Of a DNA stretch of 64,000 nt, positions 42,815 through 53,235 are shown piece by piece (position 1 is the first letter of the stretch; each line of letters begins with the position of its first letter). The notes under the pieces were generated by a model. The model did no database searches and was not told the origin of the DNA. It was given only the letters and a program-made list of their open reading frames with translations. The translations under genes were made by a program, and so were the position numbers. Location of the stretch: the NCBI GenBank assembly GCA_963933835.1, contig CAWVVV010000001.1:1-64000 (forward strand), in the 5' to 3' direction. Origin of the DNA: an uncultured Puniceicoccaceae bacterium. Lineage in GTDB: Bacteria > Verrucomicrobiota > Verrucomicrobiia > Opitutales > Oceanipulchritudinaceae.

Positions 42815-43021
42815 ATGATGAAACTCTGTCGCGTCTACTTGCTAGAGAACGAAGAGAGCCGCCGATATATCGGGATCTCGGAGGACGTGCATGAACGTCT
42901 CAAGCAAAACAATGCGGGGGTTTCCAAGTGGACTGCAAAACACCGGCCTTGGGAACTCGCATGGACAAGCGCGGAACTTTCCTTGAGCGATGCCGCCGTA
43001 TCTATAGTCAGGGAAGAATAA
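42815..43021 (+). pseudogene. Truncated small GIY-YIG nuclease
   Basis: VYLLENEESRRYIGISEDVHERLKQNNAGVSKWTAKHRPWEL matches the family; the C-terminal A-x-x-x-E-x-x-x-K helix is missing. Confidence 0.75.
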
Positions 43022-43024
43022 GGA

Positions 43025-43070
43025 GACAATTCAGCACAACATTTACTTTAAACGTTTGACCCCTTTTAGT
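43025..43070 (+). repeat. Dispersed ~46-bp repeat, copy 1 (core CATTTACTTTAAACGTTTGACCCCTTTTAGT)
   Basis: 27/31 identity by eye with 51759-51789. A near-inverted copy of the core (AGGGGCAAACGTTTA) lies at 43130-43144. Confidence 0.7.
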
Positions 43071-43157
43071 CTCATAACCCTCTGAGCGTTTTTCATTTAA
43101 TAAATCCAATACTGTTATGGGCATCAATGAGGGGCAAACGTTTAGGCATTAAATGGG

Positions 43158-45191
43158 TCATTCAACTAAATGCGCGGCGCGCCAAGAAACAATCAGGCTC
43201 GAAAAGAGCATCAACAAGGCCGCGACGATCGGGTGTAGGTGCCCTGAGGCCGCCAGCACAATACCGACAAGATTGTAGCTCAGAGCAAAAATGAGATTGC
43301 CGCGTAAGCGTCGCTTCAAACGCCGGCAAAAGATTACCGCCCATGGAAGAACGTCCAGGTTATCGCCCAGTAGCGTTCCCGTCGCGGTGGCCTGGGTGAG
43401 ACTCGCCCCGCGGGACATTGCGATTCCGATAGAGGCCTCTGCCATCGCTCCGGCATCATTAAGCCCATCGCCGATGAATACCGTTCTGTGGCCATCCGCT
43501 TTCATCGCCCGCACGGCGGAAATTTTCTCAGTCGGCAATAACCCACCTTCCACCTTCACCTTAGCGATACGGTCGCAAGCCGATGATGGATCTCCACTGA
43601 GTATCCGCAATTGGCAGCCCAACTCACGAAGCGACGTGAGCACCATCAAGCCCTTGGAGGTAACGCGCTCACCCAACTCTACGCGCGCCGCCAAGACACC
43701 ATCCACTTCAACATATACCGCACGCCCACTGTCAGCTGAAGTGGATACGTCCAGCCACGCTGAATGCCCAATGCGTAAGCTTCGCCCATCAATCGAGCCC
43801 GCAATACCGAGACCCGCTTCCGCCTTAAAATCGCTCACCTCTATTCGGTCCTCGCTCAAGCCCTGTAGCGGAAACGCTACGGGATGATTCGAATGGGTCT
43901 CGAGGCTCGCCACCGCCGTCCGAAGCCACTGCTCCTCGATGCCAGATTCAGACTGCAGAAGACAAAAAGAAAGGCCCTCCTCCGGCAGTTCACTGAGCGT
44001 TCCTGTCTTATCAAAAATCCAGACATCGCACTCGGCTAGACCATCAAGGATCCGGCCATCACGGCTGACTAATCCGCGCTTCGAAAGTGCCAGCAGGCCA
44101 TTCCAGACCGCAATGGGAGTCGCAAGTCCAAGGGCGCAAGGACAGGCAACAAGAAGCACCGCCATCGAGTGAAAGAGGGCCGCCGACCAGACCAACCCAC
44201 TCACCCACCAGCCCGCAAAGGTCAACAAGCTCGCGGCCATCACGCCGGGGATAAACCAGCGCATTAGCGTGTCCGCCTCGCTCTGGAACCGAGAAGGGCA
44301 AGCCGCCGCGGCATCGACATTCCTTAGAATCTGGTCGATCAAGCGGCCCTCCGATTGAAAGACCGGAGTGATTTTCAAAACCGCGTCGATGACGTGTGAT
44401 CCTGCGTAGACGAGATCTCCCACCTCCTTAACCACCGGCCGCAGTTCCCCTGTTGCCACCGTTTCGATGACGGCAGCCTTCCCCTCAACGACACGCCCAT
44501 CGACCGTAACAATTTCCTCCGGAAAAACAACCGCAACAGAGCCTTTATCAAGCGTATCTATCGAAACGCGTTGTCGGTTCCCCAAAGGTGTTTCCAGATG
44601 AACCCAAGCGAGACTATTCTGCCACTGACGCGTGAGGGCCATCGCTCTTGTTCGCTTCGTAGCGCCCACTTTCCGTCCGACGGTGTAGATGACGAGCACG
44701 AGGCCAACGACCTCGTAGTAGACACTCCCCTCCCCTTGAAAAGTTGACAGCAATGAAGCCACCATCGCCCCAGTGGCCGTGAGCAAAAACAAGGGTTCGA
44801 CGGTCCATTGCTTTGCTTTGAGTGCTAGAAGAGTGGATCGGATCAATGGGTAACCAAGCAAAGCCATCACGGCCATCGCTGAAAAAATGAGCCCACCATG
44901 CAGCGCCCAATAGACAGATGAACCAAAAGCCGGAACATCCTCCGCCTCTAAGGCCAAATTGTAACCCAGACCAAAAACCATCCCTTGGCCTGCGAATGCT
45001 AAAGCCAGTCCAACGCGAAACCAAGTGAGGTCACCGACCACTTGCTCACCCATGTCACTCGAGCAACAGCTACGGTTGAGCCATTCGCACTGTAGAGCGT
45101 CCGGCGTTCCTTGGGTAGGATCGTGTCCGGCCGCATCATCAACAGCGGTGTTAGACTCAATCGTGTGCGGAGTGCCCATGCTCAAATGCAT
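43158..45191 (-). CDS. P1B-type heavy-metal (Cu+) ATPase, CcoI/FixI-like
   Basis: TGE, ACPCALGLATP, DKTGT, HP, GDGLND, YN and MLFSS Cu-type motifs; about 1 kb upstream of the act-cco operon on the same strand. Confidence 0.88.
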   Translation of the reverse strand: MHLSMGTPHTIESNTAVDDAAGHDPTQGTPDALQCEWLNRSCCSSDMGEQVVGDLTWFRVGLALAFAGQGMVFGLGYNLALEAEDVPAFGSSVYWALHGGLIFSAMAVMALLGYPLIRSTLLALKAKQWTVEPLFLLTATGAMVASLLSTFQGEGSVYYEVVGLVLVIYTVGRKVGATKRTRAMALTRQWQNSLAWVHLETPLGNRQRVSIDTLDKGSVAVVFPEEIVTVDGRVVEGKAAVIETVATGELRPVVKEVGDLVYAGSHVIDAVLKITPVFQSEGRLIDQILRNVDAAAACPSRFQSEADTLMRWFIPGVMAASLLTFAGWWVSGLVWSAALFHSMAVLLVACPCALGLATPIAVWNGLLALSKRGLVSRDGRILDGLAECDVWIFDKTGTLSELPEEGLSFCLLQSESGIEEQWLRTAVASLETHSNHPVAFPLQGLSEDRIEVSDFKAEAGLGIAGSIDGRSLRIGHSAWLDVSTSADSGRAVYVEVDGVLAARVELGERVTSKGLMVLTSLRELGCQLRILSGDPSSACDRIAKVKVEGGLLPTEKISAVRAMKADGHRTVFIGDGLNDAGAMAEASIGIAMSRGASLTQATATGTLLGDNLDVLPWAVIFCRRLKRRLRGNLIFALSYNLVGIVLAASGHLHPIVAALLMLFSSLIVSWRAAHLVE

Positions 45192-45524
45192 GCGCCAACC
45201 GACGTGTCAGGGCAAGGAGGCTCTTAAACCCCTGCAGGCTCTAGGCTCTGCTCTTTAGCTCCCAAGCCTCCAGCGAGCGTTTCAATTACCTAATCAACAG
45301 CGGAGCGTTTCTACGAACAGAAAACATCTCCTTCGACGATCGAAACACAACGTCTTCTATGCCGCCCAGAACTATTCGAGATTGATGTTTGGTCTAACTT
45401 AAATAAGATTCCTTGGGTATGAAGTGTCCTTAAATCAAGCACTACGCAGTTACCGATCGGCCGTCGCTTCTGCGCTTTACTCTGCGAAACCGCTCGGCTA
45501 TCAAACCTACCCTACAAATTGACG

Positions 45525-46415
45525 ATGCCGACCTCAACATTCCGCAAGATTCACCAGATCAACCTCGGCGCCTACCGGCCAGAGGCAACCGACGATGAAC
45601 GTCGGCAGGCTAGAGATGAAAAGCTGGATCTATTTCGCACTTTAGACCTCGGGGTCGACGCCAAGGGCCGCCAATGGATCGAAGATGATGGCTTTACGAA
45701 AGCCCCAGATGGGAAGTTCAGTAAAGGCGACTACACCATTCACCCCCGCCCCGACAGCGTTTTTCGCCGCGTGCTCGACGGCTCAAGTTTCTTCGCTGAG
45801 TTTGAGGGCCTTCGACGCGCCTCGACCGGAGGCCGATACAAATGGCTCCCCCGTGATCGCGATGAGAATGTCCAACTGAGCCTCATGAATCTCGGCCAGC
45901 ACCTCGACAACATGGGACACATTTCCCGGCGTGGATGGTATTTTCCCGATAATCCACTGACCGTCGCAGGTTATGCTTTCGTCCTTCGCCTCGTCGTCGC
46001 GATTGTCTTCGGTATCTCTCAAGAGTCCTTCACCCTCAGCATGGGTGACCTCCTTTGGGCGACTAGTTTTGGGGTTTTCCTCGGCATCCCCGCGACGCTC
46101 TACTTTCGCAGGAGCCATCGAAATGCAGATCCTGATTTCCCGATGATCCGCCCCTGGCATCAGACGCAGATGCTCGACCATGAGGTTTCATTCTACCAGA
46201 GCGGCCGCCACGACGAGTGGATGCACGCCGAGAAGGTTCCGATTAAGTTACCGCCCAAGCTCGAAAGCCGTCAGACGATCGAAACAGCGCTCTCGAACGA
46301 GCTCTTCAAGGCTTACGGTCAAGCGCTCGATCCCAGCTATGTCGACGGCTCCTACAAGGAAACTGATGGGCTCCCGGCCCGCACGATCGTGCCACCGCGT
46401 AAGCTAAGGGCCTAA
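45525..46415 (+). CDS. Hypothetical membrane protein (two TM helices)
   Basis: Long ORF with host-like codon usage and two hydrophobic segments; no family recognised. Confidence 0.7.
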   Translation: MPTSTFRKIHQINLGAYRPEATDDERRQARDEKLDLFRTLDLGVDAKGRQWIEDDGFTKAPDGKFSKGDYTIHPRPDSVFRRVLDGSSFFAEFEGLRRASTGGRYKWLPRDRDENVQLSLMNLGQHLDNMGHISRRGWYFPDNPLTVAGYAFVLRLVVAIVFGISQESFTLSMGDLLWATSFGVFLGIPATLYFRRSHRNADPDFPMIRPWHQTQMLDHEVSFYQSGRHDEWMHAEKVPIKLPPKLESRQTIETALSNELFKAYGQALDPSYVDGSYKETDGLPARTIVPPRKLRA

Positions 46416-46593
46416 AACCTGCTGCCCGATGGCTCAAACGAGGCGAACTCTGAGGGCCATAAAGAAGCCGAAATCCGACTGTATTCAGAATGCTGTTGGA
46501 GAATATTGCACCACACGTGATGCCTACTTGCCTCGCACGAAGGGAATAAAAAGAATGCTGTTTTTTGATGTGAGCGAATCTCGCGTTTTCAAC

Positions 46594-47703
46594 ATGCCCA
46601 CTCTGTTACACCGCCTACTTGTCCTGATTTTTGCCTACCTGATCTGCCCGAGCTTTGCGCTCTATGGGCAGCCTCTAACCCCCTACACAGAGACGCATGA
46701 AGATCCCTTTCTTGGGAATCTCCATGAAACCGTCGAGCGCAAGGAGCGCGACGAGGCTGCTCGGAGTGAATGGGAGGACACTGGTGAGGCGCAGGGCCGA
46801 CTCGACGAACTGCTCGCGCAGCGCCTCTACGGGGAGGTTTTTGATACACAGCTCCCAGGGGGCGACCTCGATGGATCTTGGCGATTTCGCTTCACTCCGA
46901 AAATAAGCGATCTTAACGGCGATGACTACATTCGCTGGCCGTTCAGTGTGCGCTACCAATTCAACACCCCTCTCGAGGGTCAATTCGATCTGGGGATCTA
47001 CACCGCGAATCCGATCGAGAGTGGAAATGGGATCGGTTTTTACGAAATCAGACCCGGTCTAAAATACAGCATTCGGCACTTTCTCTCCTCGGAGTGAAAT
47101 ATCGCATTAGGACTGGGAACGGAGATTCCGATCGCCAGTCCCCCGCTGGAGCTCAGCGATGGTTTCGCGCGTTACCGCCCTTACGTTTCATTCAGCAAGG
47201 AATTGCACTCAGATCCGGAGCTGATGTTCTACCTCAGTCTCCAATACGAGGCCGTCGCCGATACCCCATTCTCAGCAAATCCAGTGATCCCTCAGCCACA
47301 AGACCGGGTCTTCGTATCTCCTGGCTTGATCTACTACCCTGGAGGGAATTTTCGCTACGCCGTTGAGTTTGAATACCGGACGAATGCTCTCGATTTGAGA
47401 GGGGGCATTGACCGTCCGAGGGGATACATCGGACCACAGACGCTAGAAGAGGTTCGTGCGTATGAGACGACCCACGAGCTTAGTTTCTATCCGAGCATAA
47501 CCTGGTTTCCCAGTCGCGAAACCCGCGAAGGCCTACGCATTCCGGGAAACTGGGACGTGAGCCTACGTCTCGACGTCCCGATCGTGGAAGAAACCGACGA
47601 AGACTTTGGCATCTCAGTTCGTTTCAAATGGTATTACAATTACCGCAAGCTGATCTATCGCGACCTTCGTCGACTTTTACAGCGCTTCGACTCGGAACCT
47701 TGA
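46594..47703 (+). pseudogene. Secreted / probable outer-membrane beta-barrel protein interrupted by an in-frame TGA (47095-47097)
   Basis: Signal peptide at 46594. ORFs 46429..47097 and 47203..47703 share a frame, and the gap reads SSE*NIALGLGTEIPIASPPLELSDGFARYRPYVSFSKE with no other stop. Alternating beta-strand pattern. Confidence 0.7.
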
Positions 47704-47786
47704 GGTCAGTAGGCGTGAAGCGTTTGCACCGTTAAATCTAGTTCGACGAGCCGTATAGGCCCGACGCCATTCTGACTGCGGTCGCA

Positions 47787-49940
47787 CTAGGACGTAATCC
47801 CAAGGAGGAACTGGAGGTTGTTCGGGGTCTTGTTGATCCGGCCGATAAGCATTTCCATCGCATCGATTGGCGGAATGCCCTTCATCGCCCGGCGCAAGCT
47901 GTAGACCTTCTGCATCTCGTCGGTGTGGTAGATAAGCTCCTCTTTGCGCGTGCCACTCTTAGCCATTTCAATCGCTGGGAAGATACGCTTGTCTGAGAGA
48001 CCGCGGTCGAGGTGCAGCTCCATGTTACCGGTGCCTTTAAACTCTTCAAAGATGACTTCATCCATACGACTACCCGTCTCGACGAGGGCCGTACCGATGA
48101 TCGTGAGTGAGCCGCCTTCTTCAATATTACGCGCGCTGCCGAAGAAGCGCTTCGGCTTCTGGAGGGCATTGGCCTCAACACCACCCGAAAGGATTTTACC
48201 ACTGTTCGCAGCGAGGGCATTGTAAGCGCGAGCAAGGCGCGTAATCGAGTCGAGGAGGATGATCACATCCCGGCCGTCTTCGACCATCCGTCGCGCCTTT
48301 TCGATCACCATCTCGGCACAGTGCACGTGATTTTCAGGCGATTCATCAAAGGTGGAGGCAATCACTTCTCCATCCTTCAGCTGGCGCTTAAAGTCAGTCA
48401 CTTCTTCCGGGCGTTCGTCGATGAGGAGGACGATGAGGTGCGCCTCTGGCTTGTTCAGCAAAACGGCATTCGCGATCCCCTGCTGAAGGATGGTCTTACC
48501 TGTGCGCGGTGGCGCAACAATGAGGCCACGCTGGCCAAGCCCGACCGGCGTCAACAGATCCACGACGCGCAAGGCCATGTTATCCCACGCCACACTGGGG
48601 TCGGTTTCGAGCAGCAAGCGCTCGGTTGGATAGTAAGGAATCAGATCCTCGAAAGGTATAACTTGAAGGTTCTCCTCAGGCGCTTTGTCCATCAGGCTGA
48701 CGACCTTGAGAAGGTAGGGGCAACTTTCCTCAAGCCCATCCATGTCCTGTAAGTAGTCTGCAGGCGCGAAGAGCGCAGCGAGCACCTCATCGGCAATCTC
48801 GTCCTCTCGCGAATCATTCAGTGCGTCGCTAGATTGCTCACCGTCGACCTCACTTTGGGAGGCCCGGATTTGCTCCAGCGCGTCTGAAGGCAGAAGACTG
48901 CGTTTCGGGTGGAGCTGAGCCTGGATTAGGGTGCCACGCTTAATGCCGTATAGCTTCACAATCGACAACGGAACAAAGGTATTCGTCGGGCGCACACGGT
49001 AACTATCCTGCGCGTAAACGATCAGGCCGTAGCCGTCGGCAGTGGTTTCAAAGACACCTGTCGCGATGATCGGGCGCTTCGCAGCGTAGGCTGCTTTCAT
49101 GACGAGGTCGATGATCTCATCGCGCATTGGGGCCTGTTCGCTCACGACCCCGAACTCATCCTTGGCAACCTCTACAAGCTCGTTGAGTGGAAATGAGAAA
49201 AGGCGGTTGTAGTCAACGGGACCACCCGCAGCAGAGCCTTGGGCCTCCGCGAGCGTCTTCATATCTTCCGGCTTCTTCAGAAGATCGAGTTGTGGAAGCT
49301 CTCCCACCTCGATGACAAAGGTGTCCGAACTGCCAAAAAACTCGCCTGCGCCGGCTGGCTTTTTCGCACCACCACGGCGCGGTGGGTTCTTGTTGAAATC
49401 CTTCTTCTTCCGCTTCTTGTCGAAAGGCTTTTTCCTGTCCTGACGTCCGCCACGGCCACCGCCTTGGCCACCACCGCCTTGGCCACCACCACCGCCTTGA
49501 TTCTGCTGATTGTGGCGCTGCTTAGATTTGCCACCGCGGTCTTGGCGCTGAGGACCTCGACGCTCGGGGCGCTCAGAGCGTTCTGAGCGCTCAGCCGGCT
49601 TTGCCCTCTCCTCGTTCTGAGAGGAATTTGACCGAGCCTCCTCCTTTTGTCCTTTCGCCGGAGCGTCATCCTTTTCGGACGGCGGTGCGCCGACGCCTTC
49701 AGGCTTATCTTCAGGACTGGCTGAAAAACTCATAGGCACTTGCTCGCTGTCCGATTTCTTGAGCACTGGCGCAGCAGGTGGCTTAACATCCGTCGAGGCC
49801 ACCTTCGCGGAGGCTTCGTTGGTCGCAGCCCGCTTCCGGGTCGTTTTTTTTGCCGCGGTCTTGCGTGCAGCACGCTTCTTTTTGGCCGGCTTGGCTTCTT
49901 CTCCGGATGGGGAGGGCTCAGAAATTTCGTCGCTTAACAT
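47787..49940 (-). CDS. rho: Transcription termination factor Rho with a long low-complexity N-terminal extension
   Basis: [38 protein letters not shown] and [11 protein letters not shown] motifs. Confidence 0.97.
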   Translation of the reverse strand: MLSDEISEPSPSGEEAKPAKKKRAARKTAAKKTTRKRAATNEASAKVASTDVKPPAAPVLKKSDSEQVPMSFSASPEDKPEGVGAPPSEKDDAPAKGQKEEARSNSSQNEERAKPAERSERSERPERRGPQRQDRGGKSKQRHNQQNQGGGGGQGGGGQGGGRGGRQDRKKPFDKKRKKKDFNKNPPRRGGAKKPAGAGEFFGSSDTFVIEVGELPQLDLLKKPEDMKTLAEAQGSAAGGPVDYNRLFSFPLNELVEVAKDEFGVVSEQAPMRDEIIDLVMKAAYAAKRPIIATGVFETTADGYGLIVYAQDSYRVRPTNTFVPLSIVKLYGIKRGTLIQAQLHPKRSLLPSDALEQIRASQSEVDGEQSSDALNDSREDEIADEVLAALFAPADYLQDMDGLEESCPYLLKVVSLMDKAPEENLQVIPFEDLIPYYPTERLLLETDPSVAWDNMALRVVDLLTPVGLGQRGLIVAPPRTGKTILQQGIANAVLLNKPEAHLIVLLIDERPEEVTDFKRQLKDGEVIASTFDESPENHVHCAEMVIEKARRMVEDGRDVIILLDSITRLARAYNALAANSGKILSGGVEANALQKPKRFFGSARNIEEGGSLTIIGTALVETGSRMDEVIFEEFKGTGNMELHLDRGLSDKRIFPAIEMAKSGTRKEELIYHTDEMQKVYSLRRAMKGIPPIDAMEMLIGRINKTPNNLQFLLGITS

Positions 49941-49964
49941 GTAAAAGTCTAAAACAGGTGTGAA

Positions 49965-50552
49965 TCAGTCCCTTTTTGGGACAAGGATGTGCTCAAAAAT
50001 GTAATCAATTTGCTCCGCTAGGTGCGCTGCACTGCCGTTATTAACGATCACCAGATCTGCGAGTTCAGCCTTCTTATCGAGGCTCCACTGCTGGCTAAGA
50101 CGCTGATTGGCGTGCTCTTCGGACCAGCCGCGTCTTTCGAGACGTTGGCGCTGTTGCTCGGGTTCAGTAACGACACATATAGTAAAATCGAACGATGCTT
50201 GGAGGCCTTTTTCAAAAAGGAGAGGAATTTCTACAACAAGGCAATTGTGCCCAGTTCGTATTTCCTCTTCCCATTTTTGACGCACCAGAGGGTGGATCAA
50301 ACGCTCCAACTTACGGAGCTCCTTGGAATTAGAAAAAACGATAGAAGCGAGTTTTGACCTGTCAACCTTTCTACTTTCAGCAAAAATCGTCGATCCGAAG
50401 TCCCTCCGGAGGTCATCGATCAAGGCCTTATCTTCTTCGATAAGCGTCCGAACACAGCTATCACTGTCAAAAGTCGCCGCACCCTTGCCTTTAAACAACT
50501 CCAAGACCGTCGATTTTCCGCATCCGATACCCCCTGTGAGACCAATATTCAC
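49965..50552 (-). CDS. coaE: Dephospho-CoA kinase
   Basis: IGLTGGIGCGKST, IHPLV and EIPLLFE motifs. Confidence 0.95.
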   Translation of the reverse strand: MNIGLTGGIGCGKSTVLELFKGKGAATFDSDSCVRTLIEEDKALIDDLRRDFGSTIFAESRKVDRSKLASIVFSNSKELRKLERLIHPLVRQKWEEEIRTGHNCLVVEIPLLFEKGLQASFDFTICVVTEPEQQRQRLERRGWSEEHANQRLSQQWSLDKKAELADLVIVNNGSAAHLAEQIDYIFEHILVPKRD

Positions 50553-50699
50553 CCCGCCTATCCCGCGGTCTTGAAGAAAAAATGCAACTCTATGGTTAAG
50601 CTCGGGCGAGTTCGCACGATGGTAAGATTGACCAGAGGTCGAAAAACAGGCACTGTCCTCCCTTGGATGTCCCCATTAAAGACCACACCCACCTCCTTT

Positions 50700-51587
50700 A
50701 TGAGCCAACAGCAGCAACAGCTTGCGCACGCCCTTTTCTGCGGAATTGAGGGTACTGATTCGTCAGCTGTTGAGGACGCGCTCACTGAGATCGAAAACCA
50801 AGTTCTCGGTCCCGCTCAGACAACGGGGTTTCACAGCCAGATACTGGCAGACGTGATTGATCTGTTTAACGAGGGTTTCGCTGATAAACAGCCGATCGAC
50901 ACACCCTACCACAACCTTGAGCACACCCTACAGACGACCCTCTGCTTCGCTCAAATCTGTCTCAACTGGGAGCTGACTGCCGAGCAACCATCCATCACCA
51001 CGGAAGCCTTTCAAAATGGCCTCGCTGCCGCCCTCCTACACGACGTCGGCTACATGAAAGACGCTCACGACCCCGAAGGCTCGGGCGCGAAGCATACTTT
51101 TTGCCATGAGCTTCGCAGCTGTGATATAGCCACCGCCTATCTGAGCAATCTTGGATGGGACGCGGCCCGGATCGGCACCGTCTGCTCCATTATTTGCTGC
51201 ACGGGGCCCCTCGCTGACTTTAATTCAATCGAATTTGCCGACGACACCGCCCTACTCCTCGGACAAATGGTCTGCACCGCTGACTACCTTGGGCAAATCG
51301 CCGACCCCGGCTACGTCAGCAAAATCCCCGCCCTCTACCGAGAACTCAACGAGTCGGATCAATTCCGAAGTATCCCGACAGAGGACCGCAATTACGCCTC
51401 AGTCGGGGAGCTCTTCGAGGGCACAGACACCTTTTGGAAGACCTTCGTCAAACCGCGGCTAAGCGATGAATGCGGGGGCGTCTGTGAACTACTGACCAAC
51501 CGTGAGACCTCAGACAACGCCTACCTCACACAGGTCGAAGCGAATCTGAAGCTGATCGAAGAGCTGAACTCCACCGCTTCGAATTAG
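50700..51587 (+). CDS. HD-domain metal-dependent phosphohydrolase
   Basis: PYHNLEHT, ALLHDVGY, HELRS and TADYLGQ motifs. Confidence 0.8.
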   Translation: MSQQQQQLAHALFCGIEGTDSSAVEDALTEIENQVLGPAQTTGFHSQILADVIDLFNEGFADKQPIDTPYHNLEHTLQTTLCFAQICLNWELTAEQPSITTEAFQNGLAAALLHDVGYMKDAHDPEGSGAKHTFCHELRSCDIATAYLSNLGWDAARIGTVCSIICCTGPLADFNSIEFADDTALLLGQMVCTADYLGQIADPGYVSKIPALYRELNESDQFRSIPTEDRNYASVGELFEGTDTFWKTFVKPRLSDECGGVCELLTNRETSDNAYLTQVEANLKLIEELNSTASN

Positions 51588-51743
51588 GTCTGCGCAAAAG
51601 GTCTTTTACTGAAAAGGGCCCCTCTTGGCACCCTAGTTGCCATGAGTTCGGCGTTTATCAGACGTGGATGAGGAAGTGAACGATCACGTCGAAACCCTCA
51701 ATACATTGCTTACGGGGCATGCCATGCAAAGAGGTAGCCAAAC

Positions 51744-51789
51744 GACAACTGAGCAGAGCATTTAAATTAAACGATTGACCCCTTTCAGT
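51744..51789 (+). repeat. Dispersed ~46-bp repeat, copy 2 (core CATTTAAATTAAACGATTGACCCCTTTCAGT)
   Basis: Matches 43025-43070. Confidence 0.7.
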
Positions 51790-51864
51790 TCACCCATGGA
51801 TGAGCAGGAAGTCTTAGCAGAGTTCTTTCCTTTGCGTGAAATGTGTTGTTCTGGAAACGTTAAC

Positions 51865-51891
51865 CACGAAGAGCACGAAGGACACGAAGAG
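51865..51891. repeat. 9-nt tandem repeat CACGAAGAG-CACGAAGGA-CACGAAGAG
   Basis: Three near-identical 9-mers in intergenic DNA. Confidence 0.7.
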
Positions 51892-51933
51892 CTTTGGTTC
51901 TGATAAGACCCGTCTTACTAGGTGCGCGATCGC

Positions 51934-51959
51934 GGTCGTCTGGGGACAGACGACCCTAC
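51934..51959 (-). repeat. GTAG-family REP-like palindrome
   Basis: The minus strand reads GTAG-GGTCGTCTG-TCCC-CAGACGACC: a GTAG tetranucleotide followed by a perfect 9-bp stem, just after the pgpA stop. Confidence 0.7.
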
Positions 51960-51977
51960 CCTAGGACTAGAGACGGC

Positions 51978-52511
51978 CTAGATAACACTGTAGTAGAAAA
52001 GCAGTTGGAAACCCACCTGCAAGACCACCCATGCGGCGCCTGCAGCGGCTAGATCATCGACGAGGACACCTTGGCCACCGGGGAGACTTTGCAGACGTTT
52101 GATACCGAAGGGCTTCGCGATGTCGAAGAGGCGGAACAGCGCGAAGCCGGCCAACAAGTAGGCGAAGGCCCATGGCGTGCCTGAGAGGGCTACTGGCCAG
52201 CCAAGAAAGACGAGTGGTTGGGCGACAAATTCATCGATAATGACTTCGCCGGGATCGCGTTTGCGGAGGCGAATTTCAGCCTGTTCGCAGATCGGCAGAG
52301 CGACGGCGACGAGGATGGCGCAGATCAAAAGCTGTGCCCAGAACGGCGCAGTGTGGAGGAACGCCATATAAAAGAGCACACCGGCTACGGAGCCATTGGT
52401 GCCCGGTCCTTTGCCCCAGAATCCGACGCGGCCAAGACAGGCCATGCCGATGATCCAACGGTCCGGAATCAGCGTCCAGAAAAGCATGCTGAAGATGTTT
52501 TTGTTCATCAA
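51978..52511 (-). CDS. pgpA: Phosphatidylglycerophosphatase A
   Basis: GPGTNGS, DPGEVIIDE, FRLFDIAKPFGI and GVLVDDL motifs. Confidence 0.93.
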   Translation of the reverse strand: MMNKNIFSMLFWTLIPDRWIIGMACLGRVGFWGKGPGTNGSVAGVLFYMAFLHTAPFWAQLLICAILVAVALPICEQAEIRLRKRDPGEVIIDEFVAQPLVFLGWPVALSGTPWAFAYLLAGFALFRLFDIAKPFGIKRLQSLPGGQGVLVDDLAAAGAAWVVLQVGFQLLFYYSVI

Positions 52512-53182
52512 GCAGGAGCGAGCTTATGTGCAGGCGTGAAGACGACCCGCCAGTAGCGCCCAAAGTAGAAAGCGCCGGAGACAATTGTCAGGTAGGCCGC
52601 GTAGAAGAAGTAGAACATCCCGTTGAGCCAGACAAAGTCTGCCCAGAGGCTGAAGTCCCAGCCGGTCCACTGCGTAATGTCATGGGCAAACATAGGCTGC
52701 GCAAAAATGACGCACATCGCGGTCATCTGCCAGATCGCCTTGCGCTTGCCTGAGGTCTCAGCGGCGAGGACGACGCCCTTCTTAGCTGCGATGAGGCGCA
52801 GCAGCGTAATCCCGACTTCGCGCACTGCCATCAGACCGACAACAATCCATGCCGCCATGCTTGTGGATAAGCCGAAGGGCATGAGCACGTCCCATGAGGG
52901 CGGGAAGAGAAGCTCGAGTAAAATCACGATTACAAGCGCTCCAAGGACCATTACCTTGTCGACGAGCGCATCCATGATCATTCCGAATTTGCTGATAGCC
53001 TGAAGCCGCCGGGCGAGGTAGCCATCGACGAAGTCTGAGACGACACCGTAGATGGAGAGGCAGAAGACAAGCGTCGCCGACCCCGTCCAGTCTTCAAAAG
53101 CCAGCCATGCGGCAAGCACGAGAACGACGACGCGCGAAAGCGTCAGGATATTTGGAATGTGCTTAACCCCCTGCATTACCAC
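52508..53182 (-). CDS. pgsA: CDP-diacylglycerol-glycerol-3-phosphate 3-phosphatidyltransferase
   Basis: IPNILTLSR and [11 protein letters not shown]...[14 protein letters not shown]-alcohol phosphotransferase motif; coupled to pgpA. Confidence 0.85.
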   Translation of the reverse strand: MVMQGVKHIPNILTLSRVVVLVLAAWLAFEDWTGSATLVFCLSIYGVVSDFVDGYLARRLQAISKFGMIMDALVDKVMVLGALVIVILLELLFPPSWDVLMPFGLSTSMAAWIVVGLMAVREVGITLLRLIAAKKGVVLAAETSGKRKAIWQMTAMCVIFAQPMFAHDITQWTGWDFSLWADFVWLNGMFYFFYAAYLTIVSGAFYFGRYWRVVFTPAHKLAPA

Positions 53183-53235
53183 TGACGGAAGATAGCTCTT
53201 GCCCGAACTTCAAACCCAATCTCAAATCCGAGGCA

